A stretch of DNA of 64,000 nt from NCBI GenBank assembly GCA_030833315.1, contig JAURHM010000001.1:50233-114232 (forward strand). The letters run 5' to 3'. Under the pieces are notes generated by a model. That model ran no database searches. It was not told the DNA's origin and worked only from the letters and a program-made list of their open reading frames with translations. Origin of the DNA: Burkholderiales bacterium. Lineage in GTDB: Bacteria > Pseudomonadota > Gammaproteobacteria > Burkholderiales > SG8-41. Each line of letters begins with the position of its first letter. Positions within the stretch are counted from its first letter, which is position 1. Both the position numbers and the translations under genes were made by a program. This document shows positions 49,418 to 58,966 of the stretch, one piece after another.

Positions 49418-50263
49418 ATGAGCAAATCCAAAGCCGGCACACGTGTGCTGACCCGGGTCGATGACTACGGCAACGTCACTGTCACCCTCAATCGCCCGGA
49501 AGTGCATAACGCCTTCGATCCGGAAATGGTGGCTGCGCTGACGGATGTACTGGAAGCGATAGCCCAGGATGATTCGATCCGCGCGGTAGTGATTGCCGGT
49601 GCAGGCAAAAGCTTCTGTGCCGGCGCCGACATCGCGCACATGCGCAAAAGTGCAACATTCAGCAAGACGCAAAACTACCGCAATGCCACCGAGTCGGCGC
49701 GCATGTTTCACGCCTTGTATACACTGAACAAACCCACGGTCGCCGCGGTTCACGGCGCCGTGCGCGGCGGCGGCTGCGGCATCATCGCCGCCTGTGACAT
49801 CGCCATTGCCACGCGCACGGCGACCTTCCGCCTTTCCGAAGTCAAAATCGGCATCATTCCGGCGATGATCAGCCCCTATGTCATCAGCGCAATGGGTGAA
49901 CGCCAGGCGCGGCGCTACATGCTCTCGGGTGAAGAATTCGATGCTGCGGAAGCCTGGCGCACCGGCCTCGTTCACGACATCGTTGAAGAGCCGGGCCTGG
50001 CGACGCGGGTCGGCGAAATGCTCGGCCAGCTGTATACGAGCGGACCGCGTGCCGTACAAACCATCAAGCAGTTGATTCCGCAAAGCGCCCACAGCCCAAT
50101 CGGCCCCGGCATCGTCGCCGAAACCTCGAAGATAATCGCCGATCTGCGGGCCACGCCCGAAGCACAGGAAGGCCTGAGCGCGTTCCTGGAAAAACGCAAA
50201 CCGTCGTGGACGGAAGCGCCCAAGGCCGTAAAAAAGGCCGCCGGCAAACGCAAAAAGGGCTGA
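49418..50263 (+). CDS. enoyl-CoA hydratase family protein (methylglutaconyl-CoA hydratase-like)
   Basis: LNRPEVHNAF, VVIAGAGKSFCAGADI, HGAVRGGGCGIIAACD. The context with HMG-CoA lyase suggests a LiuC-like role (inference). Confidence 0.85.
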   Translation: MSKSKAGTRVLTRVDDYGNVTVTLNRPEVHNAFDPEMVAALTDVLEAIAQDDSIRAVVIAGAGKSFCAGADIAHMRKSATFSKTQNYRNATESARMFHALYTLNKPTVAAVHGAVRGGGCGIIAACDIAIATRTATFRLSEVKIGIIPAMISPYVISAMGERQARRYMLSGEEFDAAEAWRTGLVHDIVEEPGLATRVGEMLGQLYTSGPRAVQTIKQLIPQSAHSPIGPGIVAETSKIIADLRATPEAQEGLSAFLEKRKPSWTEAPKAVKKAAGKRKKG

Positions 50264-50299
50264 ACCCGGGCAAGTATCCGGCTGATCGGAGATATTCTT

Positions 50300-51205
50300 A
50301 TGGCATTGCCGAAAACCGTACGCATTCTTGAAGTCGGCCCGCGTGACGGGCTGCAGAACGAATCCACGCCGGTACCTGCCGCCGTGAAGATCGAACTGAT
50401 TCACCGTCTGCAGGACGCCGGTCTCAAGATGATCGAAGCGACTGCCTTCGTATCGCCGAAATGGGTGCCGCAAATGGCGGATAACGCCGAAGTGATGGCA
50501 GGAATCCGCCGCAAGCCCGGCGTCAACTATCCGGTGCTGGTGCCCAATATGAAGGGCCTGGAAGGCGCCATCGCTGCAGGCGCTGAAGAAGTCGTAGTGT
50601 TCGGTGCCGCCAGCGAAAAATTTTCACAACGCAATACCAATTGCAGCATCGACGAAGGCCTTGCGCGCTTTGAAGCCGTAGCACAGGCCGCCATCGCCCG
50701 CGGCTTGCGGGTGCGTGGCGATATTTCGGTTTGCCTGGGCTGCCCGTATGAAGGTGAGGTCGATCCGGCCGTCGTGGTGCATGTTGCAAAGGCCCTGGAC
50801 GCGATGGGCTGTTATGAAATCACCATCTGCGACACCATCGGCACCGGCACCGCCGGCAAAACCCGCCGGGTCATTGAGTCCGTCGCAAAACATATTCCGG
50901 TGGAACGGCTGGCCGGCCACTTTCACGACACCTACAGTCAGGCACTGACCAATATGTACGCGGCGCTTGAGTGCGGCGTAGCCACTTTCGATTGCTCGGT
51001 GTCAGGACTGGGCGGCTGCCCTTATGCCAAAGGCGCCACCGGCAATGTCGCCACCGAAGACGTGCTGTATCTGCTGGACGGACTGGGCATCGAAACCGGC
51101 ATCGACATGAACAAGCTGATTGCCGCCGGCGATTACATCTGCGATTTCCTCGGCCGGCCCACGCTGTCGCGTGTCGCCCGCGCCATCCGCGCCAAAGCAG
51201 CGTGA
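50300..51205 (+). CDS. hydroxymethylglutaryl-CoA lyase
   Basis: VRILEVGPRDGLQNE, FVSPKWVPQMAD, HFHDTYSQALTN, GLGGCPYAKGATGNVATEDV. Confidence 0.92.
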   Translation: MALPKTVRILEVGPRDGLQNESTPVPAAVKIELIHRLQDAGLKMIEATAFVSPKWVPQMADNAEVMAGIRRKPGVNYPVLVPNMKGLEGAIAAGAEEVVVFGAASEKFSQRNTNCSIDEGLARFEAVAQAAIARGLRVRGDISVCLGCPYEGEVDPAVVVHVAKALDAMGCYEITICDTIGTGTAGKTRRVIESVAKHIPVERLAGHFHDTYSQALTNMYAALECGVATFDCSVSGLGGCPYAKGATGNVATEDVLYLLDGLGIETGIDMNKLIAAGDYICDFLGRPTLSRVARAIRAKAA

Positions 51206-51402
51206 ACACCGAACTTTCCAGCCAGCGGGAAGACTCTCCCTGCGTGCACATCTGCCTTATGGATTACGCGCAGGGTCTGTGTATCGGCTGCCACCGCACG
51301 CTCGACGAAATCACCTACTGGGCCACCTACAGTCCGGCCCGCAAGCGCGAAGTGTTCGCCGCACTGGAAATCCGCCGCGCCGCAGCATCAACAAACCCCT
51401 GA
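51202..51402 (+). CDS. DUF1289 domain protein
   Basis: SPCVHICLMDYAQGLCIGCHRTLDEITYWATYSPARKREV. The GTG start overlaps the lyase stop (GTGA). In frame inside track ORF 50971..51402. Confidence 0.7.
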   Translation: MNTELSSQREDSPCVHICLMDYAQGLCIGCHRTLDEITYWATYSPARKREVFAALEIRRAAASTNP

Positions 51403-51418
51403 AACCGGAGTCCGTGTC

Positions 51419-51973
51419 ATGCCGTTGCCCGCCCCCGCCCCCCGCACGCTGAAACATACCCGTGCCGTCGAATGCAAAGGTTATGAGCGCGATGACGGTC
51501 TGTGGGACATCGAGGGTCATCTCGTCGACACCAAAACCTATGTGCATTCACGCCGCGACGGCGGACGCGAACGCCAGCCGGGTGATCCGGTGCACAACAT
51601 GTGGCTGCGCCTGACCATCGATCTCGATCTGAAAATTCATGAAGTCGAGGCGCACACCGATAGCAGCCCCTATGAACACTGCGGCAGCATCACGGTCAAT
51701 TTCAAAAAACTGGTCGGCCTGACCATCGGACCGGGCTGGCGCAAAGCAATTGCAGAGCGTGTCGGCGGAGTGCTCGGCTGCACGCATCTGGTCGAACTGC
51801 TGGGACCGCTGGGCACCACCGCCTTCCAGGCTACCGGGCGCGCGCGTGAAGCGCGCAATGCCGGAAAACCGGTCAGCAAGAAGCCCTACCAGATCAATTC
51901 CTGTCACATCTACAAGGATGATGCGCCCGCAGTCTTCGAGCGCTGGCCGGATTTCTACACCGGCAAACGCTGA
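51419..51973 (+). CDS. DUF2889 domain protein
   Basis: 184 aa. RTLKHTRAVECKGYERDDGLWDIEGHLVDTK...GCTHLVELLGPLGTTAFQ. Family assignment is from memory. Confidence 0.6.
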   Translation: MPLPAPAPRTLKHTRAVECKGYERDDGLWDIEGHLVDTKTYVHSRRDGGRERQPGDPVHNMWLRLTIDLDLKIHEVEAHTDSSPYEHCGSITVNFKKLVGLTIGPGWRKAIAERVGGVLGCTHLVELLGPLGTTAFQATGRAREARNAGKPVSKKPYQINSCHIYKDDAPAVFERWPDFYTGKR

Positions 51974-51991
51974 TCTTTGGTGCGGTTTCGC

Positions 51992-53218
51992 TCAGGGAAC
52001 GAGGGTGTCGATGACGATTTCGATGCTGGCCGATCCGCCGACCTTGACCGGCTGACGGAAACCTTCCAGGTCACCGCTTTTCGAACCGGGGCTTCCTGAT
52101 TTGGAAATCCGCGCGCCAACGGTGACTTCACTGTACTGTGCGAGCGTCATCTCGGGCGACATCGCCGCAGATTGATCCAGCACGAAGGTCGCCGGCAACT
52201 GCGCGGCGCGGAAGCGCCGGACGGCCAGCGGAATACGCGGGCCGTTGATGGCTCGTGCAAACACGAACACGGTGTCATCCGGCGACACCTTCGCCGCGTG
52301 CTGCGGGCTTAATCGCACCGTGCCACGAATCACCGGCTCCACCGCTGCCACGGACGGCTTGACCTTGGCTGCCGGCGCGCTGTTACCGGCGAGCTGTCGC
52401 GCTTCGGCAAGACTCGATGCGATCGCCTGTGCAAATTCGCTGTCCGGCGGAATCTTTTGCGTCAGCCGCTCCCAGTGACGGATGGCCGCTGCATAGTCAT
52501 GAATTTCAAACGCTGCGGTACCGGCCAGAGCCAGCGACTTGAAATGATCGGGATCAACAGCCAGCGCCCGGGCAATGATGCGACTCGGTTCGCCTTTGAG
52601 GCTGCGTCCCTGTGCCATACCCAGCGCATCCGCGTAATCCGCCAGCAGTTGCGCATCACCGGGCACCAGTTTGGCGGCGCGGCCGAATGCATCGGCAGCT
52701 TCCTTGAATCGTTCCAGCGCGGCATAGGAGCGGCCGAGCATGCTCCATCCGGCAGCATCATCGGGCTCCTTTTCCAGCCGTTGCGCCAGTTTGCTCACCA
52801 TCTGCTCGATCTGCTCCGCCGTCACTGAATGCGCGGCATCTTCAGCCGCCATCACTTGCGGATCCAGTACCTGTGGTGTGCCAATGAGCAGATAGAGCGC
52901 GACCGCAAGCAGCGGCACTGCGGCGATGACGATACCGCTGATGACGCGGCTTTCACCGCCTGCTACGGTTTCTTCGGTGGTGGCTTCCAGCTCTTCCGCC
53001 AGACGGCGCTCCAGCTCGCTGCGCGCCTGCGCATAACGGTCAGCGGCCAGCGTGCCGGACTGAAGGTCGCGTTCCAGATCGGCAAGCTGATCGCGGAAAA
53101 TCGCAAGATCAGGCCCCGCCGAAGACCTGGAATCCGCACGACGACGCAACAGCGGCGGCACCACAAACAGCATCGCCAACGCAAGCAGCAGTGCAGCCGC
53201 CACAGCAAACATCATCAT
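51992..53218 (-). CDS. ccmI: c-type cytochrome biogenesis protein CcmI (CycH), TPR-containing
   Basis: N-terminal TM helix, second TM helix, TPR region (WSMLGRSYAALERFKEAADAFGRA). Last gene of the ccm operon. Confidence 0.85.
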   Translation of the reverse strand: MMMFAVAAALLLALAMLFVVPPLLRRRADSRSSAGPDLAIFRDQLADLERDLQSGTLAADRYAQARSELERRLAEELEATTEETVAGGESRVISGIVIAAVPLLAVALYLLIGTPQVLDPQVMAAEDAAHSVTAEQIEQMVSKLAQRLEKEPDDAAGWSMLGRSYAALERFKEAADAFGRAAKLVPGDAQLLADYADALGMAQGRSLKGEPSRIIARALAVDPDHFKSLALAGTAAFEIHDYAAAIRHWERLTQKIPPDSEFAQAIASSLAEARQLAGNSAPAAKVKPSVAAVEPVIRGTVRLSPQHAAKVSPDDTVFVFARAINGPRIPLAVRRFRAAQLPATFVLDQSAAMSPEMTLAQYSEVTVGARISKSGSPGSKSGDLEGFRQPVKVGGSASIEIVIDTLVP

Positions 53219-53688
53219 TACCGGTTCTCTTTTCCGCTCAGGATGCGTGAAGCCTCATCCAGACGAGCCTGGGAAACAGTATTGAATTCAGGTGACTGGC
53301 GCCGGCGCCGCAGAAATCCGAGCAGCGCATAGAGCCCGCCCGCGAGCAGCAGGAAGGGGCCAACCCACAACACCAGGGTCTGCAATTTCACCGGCGGCCG
53401 GTAACGCACGAAATCGCCGTAACGCTGGACCATGTAGTCGAGAATTTCCTGCTCTGACTTTCCCTGCTTGAGCTGTTCTCGCACCTGGTTGCGCAGGTCA
53501 ATCGCCAGTTCAGCATGCGAATCGGCGATGGTCTGGTTCTGGCATACCAGGCAGCGCAGCTCATTGGAAATCTGCATCACCCGCTGCTCCAGCGCAGGAT
53601 CCTCGCTGACGGTTTTGGCCTCAGCCGCAGTCGCAGGGCCCGCGTACCAGCCGGCAAGACACAAGAGCATCAGCAGAATTTTATGCAT
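53218..53688 (-). CDS. ccmH: cytochrome c-type biogenesis protein CcmH
   Basis: Signal peptide, LRCLVCQNQTIADS (CxxC) motif, C-terminal TM helix. Confidence 0.9.
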   Translation of the reverse strand: MHKILLMLLCLAGWYAGPATAAEAKTVSEDPALEQRVMQISNELRCLVCQNQTIADSHAELAIDLRNQVREQLKQGKSEQEILDYMVQRYGDFVRYRPPVKLQTLVLWVGPFLLLAGGLYALLGFLRRRRQSPEFNTVSQARLDEASRILSGKENR

Positions 53689-54205
53689 TGAGTTTTTTCA
53701 CCAGCGGCAGGATGGTGTCGCGGAGGATTTCCGGCGTCAGCGGTCCGATCTGCTTGTAGCGGATGACGCCTGTCTTGTCGATGACATAGGTTTCGGGCAC
53801 ACCGTAAACACCGTAATCAATACCGGTCATGCCCTTCGGATCCATGATCGACAGCTTGTAAGGGTCGCCCCACTGCTCCAGCCAGCGCAGCGCTTCTTCA
53901 CGCTGATCCTTGTAGTTGAGACCGTAAATCGGCACCACACCGCTTTTGGCCAGATCAACCAGCACGGGATGCTCCTGACGGCAGGACACGCACCACGAAG
54001 CCCAGACATTGAGCAACCAGACCTGACCGCGCAGCGCTTCGGGACTGATGCGTTTGTCCGTCGCATGCAACTGCGGCAGGTCAAACGTCGGCGCGGGACG
54101 GTCAATCAAAGGCGATGGCACCTGACGCGGATTCAGGCCAAGCCCGACGCCGAGAAACACCACCAGCACCAGAAAAATACCCAACGGAACCAGATAACGT
54201 GCCAC
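53681..54205 (-). CDS. ccmG: thiol:disulfide interchange protein DsbE/CcmG
   Basis: WASWCVSCRQEHP thioredoxin motif and GVYGVPETYVID. GTG 54205 (MARYLVPLGIF...) has AAGGGA 6 nt upstream and avoids overlap with ccmF. Longer starts at 54244/54283 are possible. Confidence 0.85.
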   Translation of the reverse strand: MARYLVPLGIFLVLVVFLGVGLGLNPRQVPSPLIDRPAPTFDLPQLHATDKRISPEALRGQVWLLNVWASWCVSCRQEHPVLVDLAKSGVVPIYGLNYKDQREEALRWLEQWGDPYKLSIMDPKGMTGIDYGVYGVPETYVIDKTGVIRYKQIGPLTPEILRDTILPLVKKLNA

Positions 54206-54215
54206 GATTTTTCCC

Positions 54216-56186
54216 TTAAGCCGCGACCGCTGCCGGCGCCGCATTCGCCGCCATTGCGCCGACGCGATATCGGCGGTCGACAACGGCCAGCAGTCCGCCG
54301 AGGGCCATCAACAGACAGCCGCCCCAGATCCAGTCAACAAAGGGTTTGACATAAACACGCACGGTCCAGGCGTTTTCACCAACAGATTCACCGAGTGCAA
54401 CATAAAGATCCCTTGTGAATCCAGGGTCTATCGCCGCCTCGGTCATCGGCATGCGCTGCGCAAGATAAATGCGTCTCTCAGGGTGAAGGGTCAGCAGGGT
54501 TTTGCCGTTGCGGATTACGGTCAGCGTGCCCCGGGCTGCGATGTAATTCGGACCCTGCACATCCTTCACACCATCGAAACGGATGTCGTAACCGGCAGCC
54601 GCAACGCTCTCGCCGATTCCCATGCGCACATCCAGCTCGGATTCATAACCCTTGACCAGGGTGACGCCGACGATAAATACCGCAACGCCACAATGCGCCA
54701 GCAGCATGCCGTAGTAACCGGCAGGTTGTACGCGCAGCCTTGCCAGCCACGAACCGGCAACGGCCGAGTGCAGTCGTGCATGCAGATTGATCACTGCGGT
54801 GACCACGATCCACACTGCCAGCAACAGACCGAAGGCCACCATCGGCTTCCAGCTGCCCAGCGTAAACGGCAGCAGTAATGCCGTCGCCAGGCTGATGCCG
54901 AAGGCCCAACGCACGCGCTTGATCAGTTCGGGCAAGGCGGCCTGCTTCCAGCGCGCCAGCGGCGCAATACCCATCAGGAACAGCGCCGGTGTCATCAGCG
55001 GCACGAACACCGCCTCAAAATAAGGCGGCCCGACCGACAGTTTGCCGAGACCCAGCGCGTCAAGGAACAACGGATACAGGGTGCCCAGCATGACTGAACC
55101 GGCGGCCGCCATCAGCAGCACGTTATTAGTCAGCAGCAGTGACTCCCGTGAAACCGTATCGAAGCTGCCGCCGCCGCGAACGGTCGGCGCACGCCAGGCG
55201 AACAGCACCAGCGATACGCCAACAACCAGCACCAGAAAAGCGAGGATGAAAATACCGCGCTTGGGGTCGGTCGCGAACGCATGAACCGAAGTCAGTACGC
55301 CGGAACGCACAAGGAATGTGCCCAGCAGCGACATCGAGAAAGCGCAGATCGCCAGCAGAACGGTCCAGATACGGAAGCTGCCGCGTTTTTCGGTAACAAC
55401 CAGCGAATGCATCAGCGCGGTGCCGACCAGCCAGGGCATAAAGGACGCATTTTCCACGGGGTCCCAGAACCACCATCCGCCCCAGCCCAGTTCATAGTAA
55501 GCCCACCAGCTGCCCAGACCGATGCCGATGGTCAGGAACATCCAGGCCACAGTTGTCCACGGCCGCGACCAACGCGCCCAAGCCGCGTCGAGCCTGCCGC
55601 TGAGCAGCGCTGCCATCGCAAACGCGAATGCGACGGAGAATCCAACGTAACCCATATACAGCATCGGCGGATGCAGCACCATGCCCGGATCCTGCAGAAG
55701 GGGATTGAGGTCGCGTCCTTCGGCAGGGCCGGGGAACAACCGCTCGAAGGGATTGGACGCAAAAAGCGTAAATGCCAGGAAGCCGATGCTGACCAGCGAC
55801 ATCACGCCGAGCACGCGGGCGCTCATTGTGTCCGGCAGGTGATCACTGAAAAAACTGACCGCCACCATCCACAGCGACAGCATCAGTAACCACAGCAGCA
55901 GGGAGCCTTCGTGTCCGCCCCACACTGCCGCCACCCGGTACTGCAGCGGCAATGAAGTATTGGAATGATTGGCAACATAGGCAACCGAGAAGTCGTTGGT
56001 GACAAAGGCGTAGGTCAGCGCGGCAAAAGCAATCATTACGAACAGACACTGCCCCCTTGCAGCCGGTCGCGCGAAACCGATCCAGGTTTGTTTGCCTACG
56101 GCCGCGCCGAGCAGCGCGAGCGGACCGCCGGCCAAAGCCATGCAGAACGCGATGATCAATGCAAAGTGACCGAGCTCCGGGATCAT
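54216..56186 (-). CDS. ccmF: cytochrome c haem lyase subunit CcmF
   Basis: 656 aa polytopic protein with [12 protein letters not shown] (WWD) motif. Confidence 0.93.
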   Translation of the reverse strand: MIPELGHFALIIAFCMALAGGPLALLGAAVGKQTWIGFARPAARGQCLFVMIAFAALTYAFVTNDFSVAYVANHSNTSLPLQYRVAAVWGGHEGSLLLWLLMLSLWMVAVSFFSDHLPDTMSARVLGVMSLVSIGFLAFTLFASNPFERLFPGPAEGRDLNPLLQDPGMVLHPPMLYMGYVGFSVAFAFAMAALLSGRLDAAWARWSRPWTTVAWMFLTIGIGLGSWWAYYELGWGGWWFWDPVENASFMPWLVGTALMHSLVVTEKRGSFRIWTVLLAICAFSMSLLGTFLVRSGVLTSVHAFATDPKRGIFILAFLVLVVGVSLVLFAWRAPTVRGGGSFDTVSRESLLLTNNVLLMAAAGSVMLGTLYPLFLDALGLGKLSVGPPYFEAVFVPLMTPALFLMGIAPLARWKQAALPELIKRVRWAFGISLATALLLPFTLGSWKPMVAFGLLLAVWIVVTAVINLHARLHSAVAGSWLARLRVQPAGYYGMLLAHCGVAVFIVGVTLVKGYESELDVRMGIGESVAAAGYDIRFDGVKDVQGPNYIAARGTLTVIRNGKTLLTLHPERRIYLAQRMPMTEAAIDPGFTRDLYVALGESVGENAWTVRVYVKPFVDWIWGGCLLMALGGLLAVVDRRYRVGAMAANAAPAAVAA

Positions 56187-56620
56187 TGCTTCTTGCCTCC
56201 ATGGGCTTTTTCGAGCGCAGCAGCCGCCTCGGGCGGCATGTAGTTTTCATCGTGCTTGGCCAGCACCTGTTCGGCGCGGAACACGCCATCCGGCTCCAGT
56301 TTTCCCTGCGCGACAACCCCTTTGCCTTCACTGAACAGGTCCGGCAGGATGCCGCGGTAGACCACCTGTATCGTATGTGCGGTATCGGTCACGGCAAAAC
56401 GAACGGTTACGCCATCCTTTTCACGGGCCACACTACCGTTCTGCACCAGCCCGCCCAGACGGAAACTGCGGCCGACCGGAGCCTCCTTGCTGGCAATCTG
56501 CGAAGGACTGAAAAAGAACACCAGATTGCTTTGGAAAGCGTTCAACACCAGCGCCACGGCGCCGCCCAGCGCGAGCAGTGCTGCCGCAATCGCGATAAAC
56601 CGTTTGTGGCGGGGCTTCAT
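56183..56620 (-). CDS. ccmE: cytochrome c maturation haem chaperone CcmE
   Basis: [20 protein letters not shown]..., [20 protein letters not shown] (haem-binding His). Confidence 0.92.
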   Translation of the reverse strand: MKPRHKRFIAIAAALLALGGAVALVLNAFQSNLVFFFSPSQIASKEAPVGRSFRLGGLVQNGSVAREKDGVTVRFAVTDTAHTIQVVYRGILPDLFSEGKGVVAQGKLEPDGVFRAEQVLAKHDENYMPPEAAAALEKAHGGKKQ

Positions 56621-56775
56621 GCCTTTTCTCCATCGTGCTTTCGCGCAGCCCGTTCGGTGCTGATCAGCGACACCATTTCACCGGCCATGCACAGCAGGGT
56701 CACAGCGAACGAGCCCCACACATAGAGACCGTAACCGCCCATCGCCCAGAATTCAGCCCAACTGCCCCATTGCAT
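56617..56775 (-). CDS. ccmD: haem exporter protein CcmD (52 aa; below the ORF-track length cut-off)
   Basis: Hand translation of the minus strand gives [55 protein letters not shown] lies 5 nt after the ccmC stop. TGA overlaps the ccmE ATG (ATGA). Confidence 0.85.
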   Translation of the reverse strand: MQWGSWAEFWAMGGYGLYVWGSFAVTLLCMAGEMVSLISTERAARKHDGEKA

Positions 56776-56780
56776 GATGC

Positions 56781-57503
56781 TCAGACCTCCGCTGCCGCGC
56801 GCGGTTCACGCTCGCGAATAATGGAGCGCACCCTCAACAGCGCCGCGGCGATGCTGTACATCCAGAACGCCAGCGCCATCAGCAGCATGCCGATGAGCAT
56901 CGTCGTCGCCATCTTCGGCGCGCTTTTCAGACTGACCGACGCGCCCTGGTGCAGCGTGTTCCACCACACCACCGAAAAATAGATGATCGGAATATTCACC
57001 ACACCGACCAGCGCCAGCACGGCGCCGGCGCGATCCGCACGGCGCTCGTCCTCGATGGCAGCGGTCAGCGACAGAAATCCGATATACAGAAAAAGCAGGA
57101 TCAATTCCGAAGTCAGGCGCGCATCCCAGACCCACCACGTGCCCCATGTCGGCTTACCCCACAAGGCGCCGGTCCACAGCGCGAGAAAAGTGAACATCGC
57201 TCCGGTCGGTGCCAGCGCCCTGGCCATCATCCCCGACAGTCGCGTGTTGAATACCAGACCGGCACCGGCCCACCCCGCCATCACCAGATAGATGAACATC
57301 GACATCCAGGCTGCGGGCACATGAATGAAAATGATGCGGTAGGACTCACCCTGCTGAAAGTCGGTCGGTGCCACAAAAAAGGCCACATACAGACCGACGA
57401 TCGAGAGCAACAGCGATGCCGCCAGAAACCACGGCATCATGCGCCCGGCCAGCGGATAAAAGCTGTGGGGTGAAGAAAACTTGAACCAGTTGATCGCAGC
57501 CAA
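56781..57503 (-). CDS. ccmC: haem exporter subunit CcmC
   Basis: FVAPTDFQQGESYRIIFIHVPAAW, WGKPTWGTWWVWDARL (WWD motif). TTG start. Confidence 0.9.
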   Translation of the reverse strand: MAAINWFKFSSPHSFYPLAGRMMPWFLAASLLLSIVGLYVAFFVAPTDFQQGESYRIIFIHVPAAWMSMFIYLVMAGWAGAGLVFNTRLSGMMARALAPTGAMFTFLALWTGALWGKPTWGTWWVWDARLTSELILLFLYIGFLSLTAAIEDERRADRAGAVLALVGVVNIPIIYFSVVWWNTLHQGASVSLKSAPKMATTMLIGMLLMALAFWMYSIAAALLRVRSIIREREPRAAAEV

Positions 57504-57668
57504 GACGGTTACCGGGTTTTTGAATAAGTGTCGCGAATTTCAGTTTCTGACAGGTGTCACGGCCCCGGCATCATAAGCCATTGCGATGTACGGTTTCGGA
57601 TGCGGCACGATAGAACAGGGGCAGATTCTATCTCCATGATTTAAATCAAGTTTAACTCAAGAAATCGC

Positions 57669-58334
57669 TTACTCCAGCGAAATGCGTAAAGCCAGCGCCG
57701 TGGCCAGGGGCGCCAGCGCCATACTGGCCAGCAATAAAGCGCCGAGGATCGAAAAATGCGGGGTCACCGTAAGCCCAGAAGCAAAAGCGCCGCTCGCCGC
57801 TGCACCAAACACCAGCACGGGGATGTACAGCGGCAGCACCAGCAAGGCCAACAGCACGCTGCCGGCGCGCAGACCGACCGTCAGTGCGGCGCCGATCGAA
57901 CCGATCAGGCTAAGTACCGGCGTACCCAGCAGCAGAGCCCCGCTCAGCACGGCAATCTCATCACCCTCGAGACCGAACTGCAAGCCCATCAGCGGCGACA
58001 GCAGTACCAGTGGCAGACCGCTGGTCAGCCAGTGTGCGAAAACCTTGCTGGTGACAACCAGCCATAAAGGCTCTGCCGCGAGCAGCATCTGCTCCAGCGT
58101 ACCGTCCAGATGATCAGCGGCAAACAGACGCCCCAGAGACAGCAGCGTCGCCAGCAATGCCGCCACCCACAACACGCCGCTGGCCATAAGCCGCAGCGTC
58201 GAGGGTTCCGGCGCGACGCCCAGCGGAAACAGGCTGACGACAATCACGAAAAAGAACAGTGACGACAGCGCATCGGAACGCCGGCGCCAGGCAATGCGCA
58301 GATCCCTTTGAACGATGCTTGCCCAGATGCTCAT
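57669..58334 (-). CDS. ccmB: haem exporter permease CcmB
   Basis: 221 aa with six TM helices; FFFVIVVSLFPLGV. Follows ccmA by 2 nt. Confidence 0.9.
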   Translation of the reverse strand: MSIWASIVQRDLRIAWRRRSDALSSLFFFVIVVSLFPLGVAPEPSTLRLMASGVLWVAALLATLLSLGRLFAADHLDGTLEQMLLAAEPLWLVVTSKVFAHWLTSGLPLVLLSPLMGLQFGLEGDEIAVLSGALLLGTPVLSLIGSIGAALTVGLRAGSVLLALLVLPLYIPVLVFGAAASGAFASGLTVTPHFSILGALLLASMALAPLATALALRISLE

Positions 58335-58336
58335 GT

Positions 58337-58957
58337 TTATACCGGTATGCTGATCGAATGCAGCGCGGCCGCGACGGAAAACGGCTGATGGCTGGTCATC
58401 ACCACCACGGCGCCGGCCGCGAGGCGCGCGTCAATCAGCGACAGCACGCAATCCGTCGCATCGGTATCCAGAGCGGCAAGCGGTTCGTCGAGCACCCATA
58501 GCGCGGCATTGCTGTCCGGCAGTGCCAGCCGGGCCAGTGCGACGCGCCGGCGTTGGCCCTGGGACAGCATACGCACCGGCAGATGGGCAAATTTGCCCAT
58601 GCCCAGTTGATCCAGTGCGGCATGGGCCGCAGCAGATTTGATGTCGATGCCCGAGAGTGCCGCGGCAAACACCAGGTTTTCTTCGGCGGTAAATTCATCT
58701 TTGACGCCGGCCAAATGGCCGATGTACCGCAGTTCACGCCAGTAGTCTTCACGCTGCTGCCGGATCGGTGCATCGCGCCACAACACTTCCCCGCCGCTGG
58801 GCAGCAACAAGCCGCAGAGAATGCGTAGCAGGCTGGTCTTTCCGGCGCCGTTGGCGCCGGTAATCCGCAGCAAAGTACCACCGGGCACTGCAAACGAGAG
58901 GTTCTCGAACAAATGCCGTCCGCCACGGACGCATTGCAGGCTTTGTGCGGCTAGCAT
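58337..58957 (-). CDS. ccmA: cytochrome c biogenesis haem-exporting ATPase CcmA
   Basis: Walker A GANGAGKTS, LSQGQRRRVALARL, WVLDEP. Confidence 0.9.
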   Translation of the reverse strand: MLAAQSLQCVRGGRHLFENLSFAVPGGTLLRITGANGAGKTSLLRILCGLLLPSGGEVLWRDAPIRQQREDYWRELRYIGHLAGVKDEFTAEENLVFAAALSGIDIKSAAAHAALDQLGMGKFAHLPVRMLSQGQRRRVALARLALPDSNAALWVLDEPLAALDTDATDCVLSLIDARLAAGAVVVMTSHQPFSVAAALHSISIPV

Positions 58958-58966
58958 GGCGTCATC

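Noticed and set aside
49305-49421. 38-codon upstream ORF (MTPMRIINRNRHSRGL...) whose TGA overlaps the hydratase ATG at 49418
   Set aside because: No RBS, very basic low-complexity peptide, and it contains the TATAAT box (49319-49324) that more likely belongs to a promoter. Not enough support to call a leader peptide.
48031-50473. 399-aa and 407-aa minus-strand ORFs across liuR, the isomerase and the hydratase genes
   Set aside because: They run through intergenic promoter regions and oppose well-supported plus-strand genes. No motifs; composition typical of antisense frames.
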